A stretch of 50,737 nucleotides of DNA from Octopus bimaculoides (GCF_001194135.2 NC_068981.1:102581482-102632218); one strand, 5' to 3'. Positions 21,924-35,099 are shown, numbered from the stretch's first letter. Notes: generated by a model from the sequence alone, not told the origin. Numbers and translations are program-made.

Positions 21924-22550
21924 GATTTTTCAAAGAATTATTCATTCATTTTGCAAGATGCTGTACAAGGATTTCACTGGAACAATGCCCAAGCCACTAT
22001 GCATCCCTTTGTCTGTTATTATAAACCAAACAATGACATGACTAACATCAATGTTGTTATATCCGACTGTATGAAGCATGATTCAGTACAGTCTCCCCCC
22101 CCAAAAAAAAAAATCTGGTAGATTTTCTTAGGGGCAAAGTCTTTAATATCAACAAAATTGCCTAAATTTCAGATGGTGTTGCTTTGCAATATAAAAATTG
22201 TAAAAATTTTATAAATTTATACTACCAATCTATAAATTTCCAAACTGGCACTTCTTTGCTACTTCTCATGGCAAGGGACCTTGTGATGGCTTAGGCGATA
22301 CAATTAAACGAAAGGCAGCCCAGGCAAGTTTACGACATCCTTTCAATGAACAAATCATGACTCCAAGACAACTTTATGATTATGGTCAGCAAAACATTTC
22401 TGGAATTAATTTTATCTACTCCTCAAATGATGAAATGCAGAATGAAGAAAATCTATTGAGAGAGATTTAGAAATGCAAGTACAGTTCCAGCGACAGAAAA
22501 GTTGCATTGATTTATCCCAAACTCACCTTCAGAAATTATGGTAAAAATGA
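21924..22550 (+). pseudogene. DDE/D-type transposase catalytic-core remnant, superfamily not assigned
   Basis: DFSKNYSFILQDAVQGFHWNNAQATMHPFV..VISDCMKHD..SDGVALQYKNCKNF..WHFFATSHGKGPCDGLGDTIKR..QIMTPRQLY; frameshifted. Confidence 0.8.
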
Positions 22551-22560
22551 TATCTATAAT

Positions 22561-22980
22561 AGGCGCAAGAGTGGCTGTGTGGTAAGTAGCTTGCTTACCA
22601 ACCACATGGTTCCGGGTTCAGTCCCACTGCGTGGCATCTTGGGCAAGTGTCCTCTACTATAGCCTCGGGCCGACCAAGGTCTTGTGAGTGGATTTGGTAG
22701 ACGGAAACTGAAAGAAGCCCGTCGTAAATATAAATATGTATATATATGTATGTGTGTGTATATGTTTGTGTGTGTGTGTTTGTCCCCCCCCCCAACATCG
22801 CTTAACAACCGATGCTGGTGTGTTTACGTCCTCGTAACTTAGCAGTTCGGCAAAAGAGACCGATAGAATAAGTACTAGGCTTACAAGGAATAAGTCCTGG
22901 GGTCGATTTGATCGGCTAAAAGCGTTACTCCAGTATGACTGCAGTCAAATGCCTGAAACAAGTAAAAGAATAAAAGAATA
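22561..22980 (+). mobile_element. SINE family B, full length
   Basis: aggcgcaagagtggctgtgtggtaagtag head, gggttcagtcc B-box-like motif, central core, internal microsatellite, (AATAAAAG)n tail. Confidence 0.92.
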
Positions 22981-23854
22981 TTTTCCACTTTATTGCATTA
23001 ATATGATCATTGAATATAGTTGTGCACTTTCACGTCTTCAGGTGAATAGGATCTAGAGCACTGCTATATCATCTTTAGTTTCTCTTTGTTTTACACCCTT
23101 ATGCTATTTTTAGCGTTCCATTGACAAAGAACAACACGGAAATCCCAAGAGATACGCATAAGGAAAAATACCAAAAATAAATTAATGGAAATAAAAAATA
23201 TATAAAATATCAAATAAACAAACCCCTAATTCTCGTCTTTCTTGTCTCGACTTATAGAAAAAAAAATTAAAATTCTAAGGTAGTAATGTCGTAAATAGAA
23301 CAATTACTCGTCATGAACAATTACTTGTCTCTTGTATCTGTTACCGCTCTACTTCAAAGGAAATCAGCGGCATATGGTTAGTTCGTTAGCACTGCAGGAA
23401 ACCAAAACCTGTCTGCTTCGAAACTTAATTTTGTCTGTATAGCATTACTGTCGCCAGGTTTTGTCACAGTTGCTTTACAATTCATTAAGAGAGGCCATTA
23501 AATCAAGATTTACTCGCACACACCAATATGCATACATGCATGCATGCATGCATACATACATATATACATATTCATTTATTTGACACTAATGTACACATAT
23601 ACACACATACATATAAACATGTAAACATACTCACATTTTTTACTCTCATGAATGTGTATCTTTTCATGCTACTCTACTAATAAACCTCCAAGTACACTCA
23701 TATATAAATCATTTCCCCCCATAGTTATATCCGTCTATTCAGGTTTTTGAGTTTTAAAAAAATATAGAAAAAAAATACTTTGTGGATAACTTTATTTAGT
23801 TTGTTCGTTCCGACCTACTTGTTTCTATATATCATGATGTCTCCATTCATATAT

Positions 23855-24069
23855 TTTCTTTTCTACTCTAGGCACAAGGCCCGAAATTTCGGGGGAGGGG
23901 ACCAGTTGATTAGATCAACCCCAATACGCAACTGGTACTTAATTTACCGATCCCGAAAGGATGAAAGACAAAGTCGACCTCGGCGGAATTTGAACTCAGA
24001 ACGTAAAGACAGACGAAATACTGCTAAGCATTTCGCCCGGCGTGCTAACGTTTCTGCCGGCTCGCCGCT
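23855..24069 (-). mobile_element. young SINE family A with a 13-bp TSD
   Basis: Full body; tccattcatatat at 23842-23854 and 24073-24085. Confidence 0.92.
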
Positions 24070-24221
24070 TTTTCCATTCATATATATATTAATGCTACTG
24101 TAGAAATACCTGCAATATTCATACTATAACGAGGTTTTGCATGTACATACGTATGTATCAGTACGTCATGGTGAATAGATCTATCTTATAATTGCTTCAC
24201 TTTTAACTAAATAACTTTATA

Positions 24222-24242
24222 TACACACACACACACGCACAC

Positions 24243-24324
<82 letters not shown>

Positions 24325-24340
24325 AGAGAGATACACACAC
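24222..24340. repeat. (CA)n microsatellite
   Basis: Direct reading. Confidence 0.95.
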
Positions 24341-24464
24341 AAATTATTATGAAGTTATATAATCTAGGTGAACAATAATCTAACCATACTCATAATGATT
24401 AAAAAAATCCTCAGTAAGCACTTTTTTGAGTAAATAAAGGATTGATATAATGTCAAATATCACA

Positions 24465-25760
24465 TGTTTCTTCCAGGTCCCAAAAACGAGTTTTAAGTCT
24501 GTGGTTACATATTAGAATAATTTCAGAGTGCTTGTTGATGATGTTATCATTGCATAATATTATTCTAGTATTTCTTCTAAGCAAAGGCAACATGAGTATG
24601 CATTTCGTATCACTGACCAAATTGTGCTGTATTGTATCTTTTTCTGTTTGAAATCCATTATTAGGTCAGTGAGCGATGTGCGTTGTCTTTTGTTGATATT
24701 CTTAAATGATGCTGAGTGGTTCCTCCAGTGGTTCTTGAAACTGTCGCTCGTTCCACTTATATATATGCATATACATGTGCACTTGTCCTAGTATTACATT
24801 TGTAAACAATGTTTCTACGTAAACACTTGTTTTATAAAAGACATGCTTTCTTATCTCTACAATTGCATGTTTTCATATCACTATTTGCAATCAGGTTACT
24901 ATTTGCATTCATTTGTATACTTTTCTTCTTAGTGGCAACGTTGTTGTTGCTATTGTAAGTATTTTTATATTCTTTATTCTCATTACTTCTATTCTCAGTG
25001 TTATTGTTAGTGCTTACAGCTTTATCGCCGTTATTTATATTATTTATATTAAAGTTGATATTTCTACTTATATCAAGATCATTTGGACTGCTTTACGTCT
25101 TCCGCCATTATGGATGCTGGACCCACGCTATCTCGGATGATAATTTTAGCATTTGTGATTGCGAGATTCAGCTTCCTATTGTTAAGTTTATGAATATGGT
25201 TTTTCAGATCATTTGACGTTGCATAGGACAGTTACTCATTTAAAAAAATTATTGTGTCAAATTTAACTTAATTATTGAGGTGGGCACCAATTTATTCTGT
25301 GCCTCAATTCAAACGAGCATACCTCCGTTCTATATTTACTTTAGTTCCTTTCAAATCTCATCTTCATATTAATCTTTATCCTATTCCTCCCTTTACTGGT
25401 ATTTCTGAGTTTGTAGTAGTTAACTGAAATTTCTATGAAATTCTGGTGTAGCTTGTCAGTTGCTTTCTCTCAATTACAAACCCGGTTTGTATTAGCTTTT
25501 AAAAAAAGTAATCTTATATGTCCCTTATCTTCATTGTCAATGTACTGAAATATCTTCTGGATAGCGAGGATATCCTACAATCTAATCAAGTGATCAGACG
25601 AAATGGCAGGAGGTAAACTCATTAATTAAGTATTGTGTGGATTTACAGAATTTTTCTTTATATGTATAAACCAATGTGTAAATCAAATGAGATAGTTTCA
25701 CTCGCTACCGAAACAATCGTAACCTTTAACCAAGTCATGTAATACCATCATCTTCCTTCG
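24465..25760 (-). mobile_element. Penelope-like element remnant: RT end, Asn-rich linker, Cys motif, GIY-YIG endonuclease
   Basis: SFDLH(T)GLY..; SYATSNDLKNHIHKLNN; MKTCNCRDKKACLL*NKCLRRNIVYKC; YISGTSDSFKNHWRNHSASFKN..IWSVI..CCLCLEE..INKHSEII..CNHR. Confidence 0.85.
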
Positions 25761-25954
25761 TCTGTTTACAGTTACACTCTGTGATAAATGTACCGGCAGT
25801 TTAAATGTGAACTTCTTCGGATTTATTGTATGCCCTGTTGATTAATTGCCTTATAGATTAATTGAATATGGATTCAGATTCGTCTCCCTTGCATGTTGTT
25901 AAACAGGATTTCTGCATGGAGGGCTGAATGAGTTATTTGCTTGGATTTCCTTAA

Positions 25955-26099
25955 TCCCCTTTCTTCTTCTCTCTCTTTCTCTCTCTCTCTATGTATGTAT
26001 GTAAGTATTTGTATATGTATACACACACATATATATATATATGCATTTATACATAGACATATACATTCATTCATACATACGCACGTATATATATGTATG

Positions 26100-26143
<44 letters not shown>

Positions 26144-26296
26144 TGTGTGTGTGTGTGTGTGTATTATATATACACATATATACATATATACATACATATA
26201 TATATCCGTATATATATACGTATATAAACATGCCAGAGTAACCCAGTATAGTACACTCACAGTTCTACATACATTATGCATACTCGCACATATTTG

Positions 26297-26329
<33 letters not shown>

Positions 26330-26634
26330 CAGAGGCTTGGTCATTCACACATGTGTGTATGTAAATGTATATGTGTATGTGTGAGGTTGAACAGCTGATT
26401 GGAATTAATGAGACACTAATGAATTTCATTTCACTCTAACGTATTCACGTATATCCTCAAGAATAATTTATATAAACATAACCTTTCCAATATCAGAATT
26501 ATAGATTGTCAGAATAATAAATTACTTTAATCTATAGCACCGTTATTTTTTAAGTATTCCCTTTGTTTTTATTACACGTTTCCTCATAACATTTTCATAT
26601 TCAATATCAGTGTCCTCTGCCTACCCCACACACA

Positions 26635-26694
<60 letters not shown>

Positions 26695-26725
26695 ATCTAT
26701 CTGTCTATCTATCTATCTATCTATC
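25955..26725. repeat. compound microsatellite field: (CT)n, (TA)n, (TG)n, (CTAT)n
   Basis: Direct reading. Confidence 0.95.
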
Positions 26726-27029
26726 TCCCCCCTTGTTCTGACTTTATACTTCCTTCCTTAACGTTTTTTAGATTTCCATATTCATTGAATAGTCCCCGCC
26801 ACCAATATTGATTTTGGGGAATGTGTGCATCTCTGTATGGCCTGTGTGTGACCGTGATGATAGAGCTATGATATGAGATATGAGAGTGTGCGCATGTATA
26901 TATATACATGTGTGTGTTTCACTGTGTGTTTTATGTTATTATGAATGGGTACGTTAATAATGCATGTATGTATGAATGTACGCATGTATGCATACATGTA
27001 TTCGACACTATATATGTATATAACACTAT

Positions 27030-27074
<45 letters not shown>

Positions 27075-27075
27075 A

Positions 27076-27114
<39 letters not shown>

Positions 27115-29049
27115 NNNNNNNNNNNNNNNNNNNNNNNNNNNNNNNNNNNNNNNNNNNNNNNNNNNNNNNNNNNNNNNNNNNNNNNNNNNNNNNNNNNNNN
27201 NNNNNNNNNNNNNNNNNNNNNNNNNNNNNNNNNNNNNNNNNNNNNNNNNNNNNNNNNNNNNNNNNNNNNNNNNNNNNNNNNNNNNNNNNNNNNNNNNNNN
27301 NNNNNNNNNNNNNNNNNNNNNNNNNNNNNNNNNNNNNNNNNNNNNNNNNNNNNNNNNNNNNNNNNNNNNNNNNNNNNNNNNNNNNNNNNNNNNNNNNNNN
27401 NNNNNNNNNNNNNNNNNNNNNNNNNNNNNNNNNNNNNNNNNNNNNNNNNNNNNNNNNNNNNNNNNNNNNNNNNNNNNNNNNNNNNNNNNNNNNNNNNNNN
27501 NNNNNNNNNNNNNNNNNNNNNNNNNNNNNNNNNNNNNNNNNNNNNNNNNNNNNNNNNNNNNNNNNNNNNNNNNNNNNNNNNNNNNNNNNNNNNNNNNNNN
27601 NNNNNNNNNNNNNNNNNNNNNNNNNNNNNNNNNNNNNNNNNNNNNNNNNNNNNNNNNNNNNNNNNNNNNNNNNNNNNNNNNNNNNNNNNNNNNNNNNNNN
27701 NNNNNNNNNNNNNNNNNNNNNNNNNNNNNNNNNNNNNNNNNNNNNNNNNNNNNNNNNNNNNNNNNNNNNNNNNNNNATATATATATATATATATACACAC
27801 ACATACTCATACATATATATGATAATACATATATACGTATGTATACAAACACACACATATACAAACACACTCACACACAAACACACATATACATACATAT
27901 GAGTGTGGGCGTTTTCTCAACGATATTTCTGAATAAACAATTAATTGGTAGCTTTATTTCTACATTTTCATTTATATTCTTTTATATTATCTTTTATTTC
28001 CTTTCTTTTACGTTTTGGTTCGTTTTGGCTAGATTATAGCAGATTTTAGATGCCAATACTTTCTTTGGTCTTTGACCTAAAGAACGAAATGGACATTGCT
28101 TTCTGTATCATATAAATTTGGCGAGTTATCCCATGTATATCTGTTATACTGCGGGTGCTTTTTCTATCAACTTGAGAAAGAGGAAGGGTCAACTCTGATC
28201 AAATCGGACTGGAATCTGTGGCCGTTTGATTTTGGGTTTTGAAGTCTGCCATATAAACCTCTTTCCTCTATAAATGATATTAGTTTTAATATTTGATAGC
28301 TGGTTATGTGAAATAGTACTTTTAAAAATTGTTATTGATGTTGTTTTTCGGGGGGAAGCAGGAAGGATGTAGATTATCTGCTAGGTTGGGATTGGTGCAT
28401 TTGAATATTTTGAATCGATTTCAGCGTATGACTGGTGCCTATTTTGTAGGACCCTTAAGTGATGAAAGATAAAATCTGATTCCAGAAGTGTGGTTTGAAC
28501 TCAGAATGTAGAGAAGGCGTAAGTACACAGCACTATTATACTATACTATATAACTTTTGTTAGCTAAAAAGGGACAACAGATCTTGTGTGTCTATATGGA
28601 GACCTAATGTGTATGAGTTTGGAGGGTATTATTCTGACTGATTATTAAATGTTTATCAAACGGGGATCTATGGAAATAAAGGTTTGTTTTATTTGTGATA
28701 GTTGTAGAAAATACTGAAAATGTATGCTATAACTAAAATAAGATTGAGATGTTTTAAAAAGATATCTAAACATTTATATCTTAAGACAGATTTTAATTGC
28801 AATTAATTAGAGTATTGTAAACAAAATGCTCGGTATTATTCAAGTGAGAATGTAACACTTTTAAAAATGATATCTAACAAAATTTATTATATCATTAATT
28901 TGTTGATTTTAATGAATTTGCTGCAAACGCTGTATACAGTTTCAACATATTCATAAATCATCCAATCACCCTAATAGTGTTATTAAAAATGTATTTAAAA
29001 TGTAATTAAAAATAATTCCCTTAACTTTGTACGTTGTTTTCAAATGAAC

Positions 29050-30140
29050 TGGTTTTTGATAAATAATCCAACCATTATAGTGAAGTTCTCAAGAGAAGCG
29101 TCAGTTCAGAAACTGTATAAAATTCTAGGAATAAAAACTAACACCTGTTAAATGAAGAAAGGTACATACAATGTTGTACAATCCGCAGTACAACTTATAA
29201 ACTTCAACATACGCAGCTAAATCTATTTCACAGTCTTCTTGAAACATTTCCTACAAAATCACAAATATCGCTAAGTTCTCAACCAAAAAGTTATTAAAAC
29301 TTCATATCCACTACTGATGATTTTATACAAACATTAGCAAACTCTAATCTGTAGAAATTAAAAACACGCCCCTTCAATAAGAATACGTTTAATTTCATAG
29401 GAGGGGATATTAACCAATAATTCATTGCTCAGATGATATTGTAAGGGAAAAGAACTAGTTTATTGCGTCACTTCCAACACCAATACACCCATTCTTTCTT
29501 ACATAAGATTAACGACCAATTTATTCAAACGGAGCTTCTGTAATCTTACATTTTTACAAATCAAAAGAGACAAGGCAACACTTTGCTATTGAGTTATATT
29601 TGAATTTTAAAGCCAAACAACATGTTTTTTAATATGAAAATATTCTATTTTTAACGAAACCTTACACTAACAATTATAAACCCCTGCCAGTTGTGCACTT
29701 CAGAATTTTGGAAATTCTCATCTCAAACATTCGACAACTTGCTCGACACTCAGAATTGGTCTCATCTTGTAGTGATAGAAGTTGTGGAATATTAAAGCAG
29801 TTCAAACCAATTATATTTCTAAATATGCAATAGTTTAATTATCATGCCTACATACTTTTCTTCTAAATCAACTCACTTCCACTCATCTTCATATTTAAAA
29901 TTGTTCATAATACTGACAGAAAACATTTTCAACACAAAATTCATTTTTTCAAACTGTACACCTCTACTGACAGCAAAAACACTTTTAATTATGATAAATT
30001 TAGAATTTAATAATTTTCAACCTTGATAAACCCAGTATTTAAAATCTGGTATAATCCCATCAGTTAATACAATCATTATTGTTAAATATTAAACTTAATT
30101 AATGGCCCACCATTAATTATATTTATTAAATTATTAACTA
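29050..30140 (+). mobile_element. ancient CR1-type LINE 3' part (RT C-terminus plus 3' UTR), copy 1
   Basis: A/C-skewed; fragments LYKILGI and KKLLKLHI/LLLMILY resemble CR1 KILGLI and RL..L.LLPLM; the 3' ~670 bp is repeated at 30465-30820 and inverted at 31230-31800. Confidence 0.55.
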
Positions 30141-30464
30141 GCAACTTACAATTTCCTTTTAAATCATCAAATTATTAAGTTTCATTAAGGTTATTTTACT
30201 GTAGTTAACTTAATTACAACTTGTCGTTCAACCTCTTCCAATTGAACAGATATATTTATACACCCAATAACTATTCTACAGTATGCACACTTGTATTTCA
30301 TTTTAATCTTTATTCCAATTTCAATTTTATATGATAATTATTCATATTTTAATTTATATTCCAATGTATTCATTTTTATACACTTTCTGTATGTTTGAAA
30401 CCATATTTTCTTTCTGATGTGTTTTATTAGATAATACCTTTTTCACTATAAATCAAGTTATTCT

Positions 30465-30820
30465 CATTATCAAGACCAACTATATTTCTACACAGATTAT
30501 AATTTATTATAATTTACGACCACGCCAACGCATTTGTCCAATAAATTCTTTCACTTCACTAACTTTCATATCCTATAATGTTTTCCTCCTACAATGTATA
30601 TTTTTACTCAGTTACAAAACACTTTCGCATAAAGTTCATTTCTACTACAACAAAAGCTCTTTTAATTACAATAGCTTTGTAATTTAATAATGATCAACAT
30701 TGACAAACCCAGAACTTAGAATCTAATAGATTTCCACTAAATTAATACATTGATTTTATTGTTTAACCTTAGGCTTAACTAATATCCTGCCATTAATTAT
30801 ATTTATTTAATTACTGAACT
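30465..30820 (+). mobile_element. same old LINE 3' end, copy 2 (direct)
   Basis: e.g. tcaacattgacaaacccagaacttagaatct vs tcaaccttgataaacccagtatttaaaatct (~30017). Confidence 0.65.
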
Positions 30821-31229
30821 TTATTGATTTGGTACAACTCACTCAAAAATACTGTTATTTAAAGATGCGTATGATTATATTCATCTATTTGTCTCTCAAG
30901 TAAGTGTAAGACTTTTTCTTGCAGGAAAATCGAGCGATGCAGTTCTATAAAATTTATTTTGAGATTGCGTTTAATTTAATGCTAACATGGCGTAGAATCA
31001 TGCTTGAATACGTACACACAATAACGCGCACGCGCGCGTGTGAACACACACATATATAATGATATTGGTCTCTTATAATTTGTAATAAATAATATTATAT
31101 GAAGGTATGTATGATGTATGTTTCTCTCATTGTATATCTAAGTAAGTCCAAGGTTTTGTTATTTGGTACTCAAAAGACACTGTTCCATCAAATCTATCTG
31201 CCCAGATTGTCTTTAATATTTATATAATT

Positions 31230-31800
31230 GCGTGCGTGTTTTAATAAATATATTTAGTGGTGGGATATTAATTAGACCAACATTTAACTAATAAAATCAA
31301 AACATTAATTTGGTGGGATTACACTATATTTTAAGTTCCGGGTTTATTAAGGTTCAACATTACTAAATTGCAAATGCATGCAATTAAAAGTGCCTTTGCT
31401 GTTAATAGAAATGTATTGTTACTGTTAGTAAGTTGAAAGTATTTTCTATCAGAATAAAAATGTATATTTATTAGAAAATAATATAGATATGATCATTAAA
31501 TTAGTACTTGTTTGGAAATCTAATTGGTTTGAAATGCTTCAACGTTCTACATTTTCTGACAGCAAAATGAGACTAATTCTGAGCGTCTGACAAGTTATTG
31601 AATGTTTGGGAATGGAATTTCATACGTGCAACTGACCAGGCTTTTTATTGTTAGCTTTGCCTGACTTTATATTTCAAATATGACTTGATAGCAAAGCATC
31701 ATTTGTCTCTTCTGATTTTTAACAGTCTATGTATGGTGATAAAAGCTCTATTTGAATAAACCGGTTGTTAATCTTAAAAGAGGTTGTCGTAGTGTTGGTT
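31230..31800 (-). mobile_element. same old LINE 3' end, copy 3 (inverted)
   Basis: Reverse complement taagattaacaaccggtttattcaaatagagctt matches taagattaacgaccaatttattcaaacggagctt (~29504); colinear through to 30140. Confidence 0.7.
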
Positions 31801-32367
31801 GTGTATAATATATGTGTGTACGTGTATGTATATGTGTGTGCAAGTCTGTATACACACACATACACACATATATAATCTTTGCTTTTTATAATGAATTAGC
31901 TGTTATCTAATATCAATCTCTAGTAATAATCCTTCACTTAGGTTAACAATTTCACATCTAAGTGAATTTCCAAAAAAATCAATGTTTGCGTCTATGTCAC
32001 TTTTAGTTTTCGTTTTTAAAATATACTAGGCATCATAAATATAACTTTACTTATAAAGACATTTTCCCACTAGCCGAAACAATTCGCATGGCTTGAATAG
32101 CATGTTATTTTACAAAAAATCTAGTTTCTCTCATCCTTTTAAAAGGGCGAATACCAACAACCATAAATCTGTTCAACTCCAGACATTTTAAAATTCTAAT
32201 CCCAATTCCTATTTGACCCTGATTTGTTTGTTTGTATTATCGTAAAGCAAGTCCAGAGACTCACTTGTACGATAAGAACCAATTATCTTTTTAGTGATTA
32301 ATGACGTATTAATACTTAAGATTTGTTTTGGGATGAAACCCTTATATATGCATACACCATACATACA

Positions 32368-32530
32368 TACGTACGTACGTACATAAGTACATACATACAT
32401 ACATACATACATACATAATACATACATACATACATAATACATACATACATACATAATACATACATACATACATAATACATACATACATAATACATTCATA
32501 CATACATACGTGTGTGTGTGTGTGTGTGTG
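32368..32530. repeat. (CATA)n with periodic CATAATA interruptions, followed by (TG)n
   Basis: Direct reading. Confidence 0.9.
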
Positions 32531-32879
32531 TTTTGTGCCTAAAAAGGCCAGTGGTCACCTCAGATTTTACCTATTATCAAATAATCTAATAAAAGCAAAC
32601 CATATAATTATTTCATTTTTTCAGATCGAAGTAAGTTGATTAATCTTACTAATACTGACATGCATTTTCAACACGAATGTAATATTTAAAGTTAATTTAT
32701 TAAAATCAACGTATTTAAATACCAAATTTTATTAGTATTTCTTTTAAATTACTTTGTCTTACAATTTTACGATTTTATTCATCCGTCAGTCTTCACCGCC
32801 CACTATTTCCCCATAAGGTCCAATCAGAAGCATGACATTTCCGAATGAATTCCTAAGCATGACCGACTGAGATTATGAA

Positions 32880-32985
32880 TATTATCAACCATTTCAGTCT
32901 TGGTCTACCCCTAGGTCTTTTGCCTGTTGGCTCGGCTTGAAGAATCATTCTTGCTATCTCTTCCTATAACATTCTAATCACGATT
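32880..32985 (-). mobile_element. RTE-clade LINE extreme C-terminal fragment
   Basis: IRML*EEIARMILQAEPTGKRPRGRPRLKW, typical of the RTE GKRPRGRP.RW motif. Confidence 0.6.
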
Positions 32986-33384
32986 TTGTAACTGATTAAG
33001 ATTAAAAACACATTTAAAGATAAATCTTAAGGTATTTGTTTAGGAGAGATAGCCCTCAGTAGGGATAATTCTATGTATGCAGAACTTCTCCAGTCTGTCC
33101 GTTAGAAACAAAAAAATCTTCATTAACAAATTAAAAGATACTTCATAAACCTTTGGATATAGGTCTACTATAATAATACTTTCAAATTTATATGCATTAA
33201 GCATCCGCCATCATACGCATACAAGTTTACATACCTTTCGTCCAATATATAAGCATGTCCCATATCTCCTCCCAATAAACAATATACTGAAGACAACCAC
33301 ACTTCTATCAACTATGCATTAATTTCATGGATAGTTCCATTCCATCTGTTACACCAAATTCTTTAATCCTTAACATCTCTAACA

Positions 33385-33403
33385 TACATACATACATGCG
33401 TAC

Positions 33404-33439
<36 letters not shown>

Positions 33440-33628
33440 GTATAGGCAGATAGACAGGCAGACTGGTAGGCAGGCAGGTAGACAGGCAGGTAGACAGACA
33501 GGCAGACGGATAGGCAGGAAGGTAGACAGGTAGACAAGCAGACAGACAGTTAGTTAAGATGAGAGACAAACAGAGATATAGATAGATAGATTGATAGATA
33601 GATAGATAGATAGATAGACAGACAGACA
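33385..33628. repeat. (TA)n, (GGCA/GACA)n and (GATA)n microsatellite array
   Basis: Direct reading. Confidence 0.95.
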
Positions 33629-34025
33629 ATGCAGACTATTGCAACTGTGGGATGTAAGTAAACTTAGAACTATTGAAGGAGATGGCGAATTAACGTTCCC
33701 AATCAGCTGCTGCCGGAACTTTCAGAATTGTTTCTGTACCACTCAAATTTCAAAGGAATATAAGACTTCCTTTTGCGTTACACATCAAAGATTCGACGAT
33801 CAAAGAGTAAATTGTTTGCTTACTGCTTCTTGTAAATAGAATATCTAATTAATTTACAATGGAATAGATTTGTTGTTAACTTAAAGCAACCTTTCCAAAT
33901 AAAGCAGCAAGTCTTGGTATCTGATGTCCCCCTCTTCCATATTCTTCCAAATAGAATGAAGAGGCTTAGAAGTAAGTATCTAAGTGGTCACTTGATTTGT
34001 TAGAAATAACTACAAAATTTCATAG

Positions 34026-34446
34026 ACGTAGGAGTGGCTGTTGTTAAGTAGCTTGCTTACGAACCGCATGGTTCTGGGTTCAGTCCCACTGCGTGGCACC
34101 TTGGGCAAGTGTCTTCTACTATAGTCTCGGGCCGACCAAAGCCTTGTGAGTGGATTTGGCAGACGGAAACTGAAAGATGTCCGTCGTATATGTATATATA
34201 TATGTATATGTATGTGTGTGTATATGTTTGTGTGTCTGTGTTTCCCCCCCCCCCAACATCGCTTGACAACCGATGCTGGTGTGTTTACGTCGCCGTAACT
34301 TAGCGGTTCGGCAAAAAAGACCGATAGAATAAGTACTATGTTTACAAAGAATAAGTCCTGGGGGTCGATATGCTCGACTAAAGGCGATGCTCCAGCATGG
34401 CCACAGTCAAATGACTGAAACAAGTAAAAGAATAAAAGAATAAAAA
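34026..34446 (+). mobile_element. SINE family B, full length
   Basis: Colinear with 22561-22980. Confidence 0.92.
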
Positions 34447-34589
34447 CTGTAATCCTACTATCTTAAAAAGAAATCGTATACTTGATTATATAGCTAGTGA
34501 CAGAAAACCAAGTGAGGGTTTTGTAGCTAGATGGAACCCCTTTAATTATAGTTCCCTTGGTCAGGATTGAATAATAACCACCACATACA

Positions 34590-34710
34590 AGTGTGGCTGT
34601 TTGGTGAGAAGTTTGCATCTCAAAGACATGGTTCCGGGCTCATTCCCACAGTGAGGCACCTTGGGCAAGCGTTTTCTACTATAGCTCGGGTCGACCAAAG
34701 CCCGTCGTAT
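34590..34710 (+). mobile_element. SINE family B 5' part with internal deletion
   Basis: gtggctgtttggtgagaag..catggttccggg..gcaccttgggcaag..cgaccaaagcc joined directly to cgtcgtatata. Confidence 0.75.
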
Positions 34711-34774
34711 ATATGTGCGCGCACACGCACACACACACATTTATATGTACATATATACATACACNNNNNNNNNN

Positions 34775-34815
<41 letters not shown>

Positions 34816-34881
34816 CTGCATGTGAACTGTTGGCAATTTTTTCCTCCTTCTTAATTTTCCTTTGAACTTTATTATGTTTCC

Positions 34882-34918
34882 TGTTTCCGAAGAAGAGCTA
34901 TGCTCGAAACGTAAAACA
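34882..34918 (+). ncRNA. minimal type I hammerhead ribozyme motif, Penelope type, U4C variant
   Basis: tgttt-CCGAAGA-a-gagc-tat-gctc-GAAAC-GTA-aaaca: 5-bp stem I, 4-bp stem II, palindromic ACGT in place of stem III, GUA cleavage triplet. Confidence 0.7.
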
Positions 34919-35099
34919 ACCACTCTTTTCCTTCTCTGACCATCTTATTAATACATATGCTATGTTCTCACGTTGTTTTTTTTTCCAGTTGTACACTAGG
35001 GATCGATATAATCGAATTATCCCTCCCCCAAATTGCTGGTTTTGTGCCGAAATGGGAAACTAATGACACCTGAAACTATCACAAACCATAACCATGTCA

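Noticed and set aside
25874-26384. YI/CV/HT-repeat ORFs (also at 10926, 32209, 33327, 36390 and 48677-49387)
   Set aside because: Translations of di- and tetranucleotide repeats
29230-30520. Possible ancient NUMT (A/C skew; fragments resembling cox2 IETIW, LKLLYLLDE, HQWYW, DVIHSW, CSEICG and atp8/atp6)
   Set aside because: The same sequence recurs three times locally, once inverted; the DVIHSW-like piece is an insertion absent from the inverted copy; CR1-type RT motifs explain it better. A BLASTn against cephalopod mtDNA would settle it
33631-33660. LQLWD followed by a GTAAGT donor, a possible small-GTPase microexon
   Set aside because: The upstream sequence is a purine-rich microsatellite with no polypyrimidine tract; the match is too short and on the opposite strand to the Rho-like candidate
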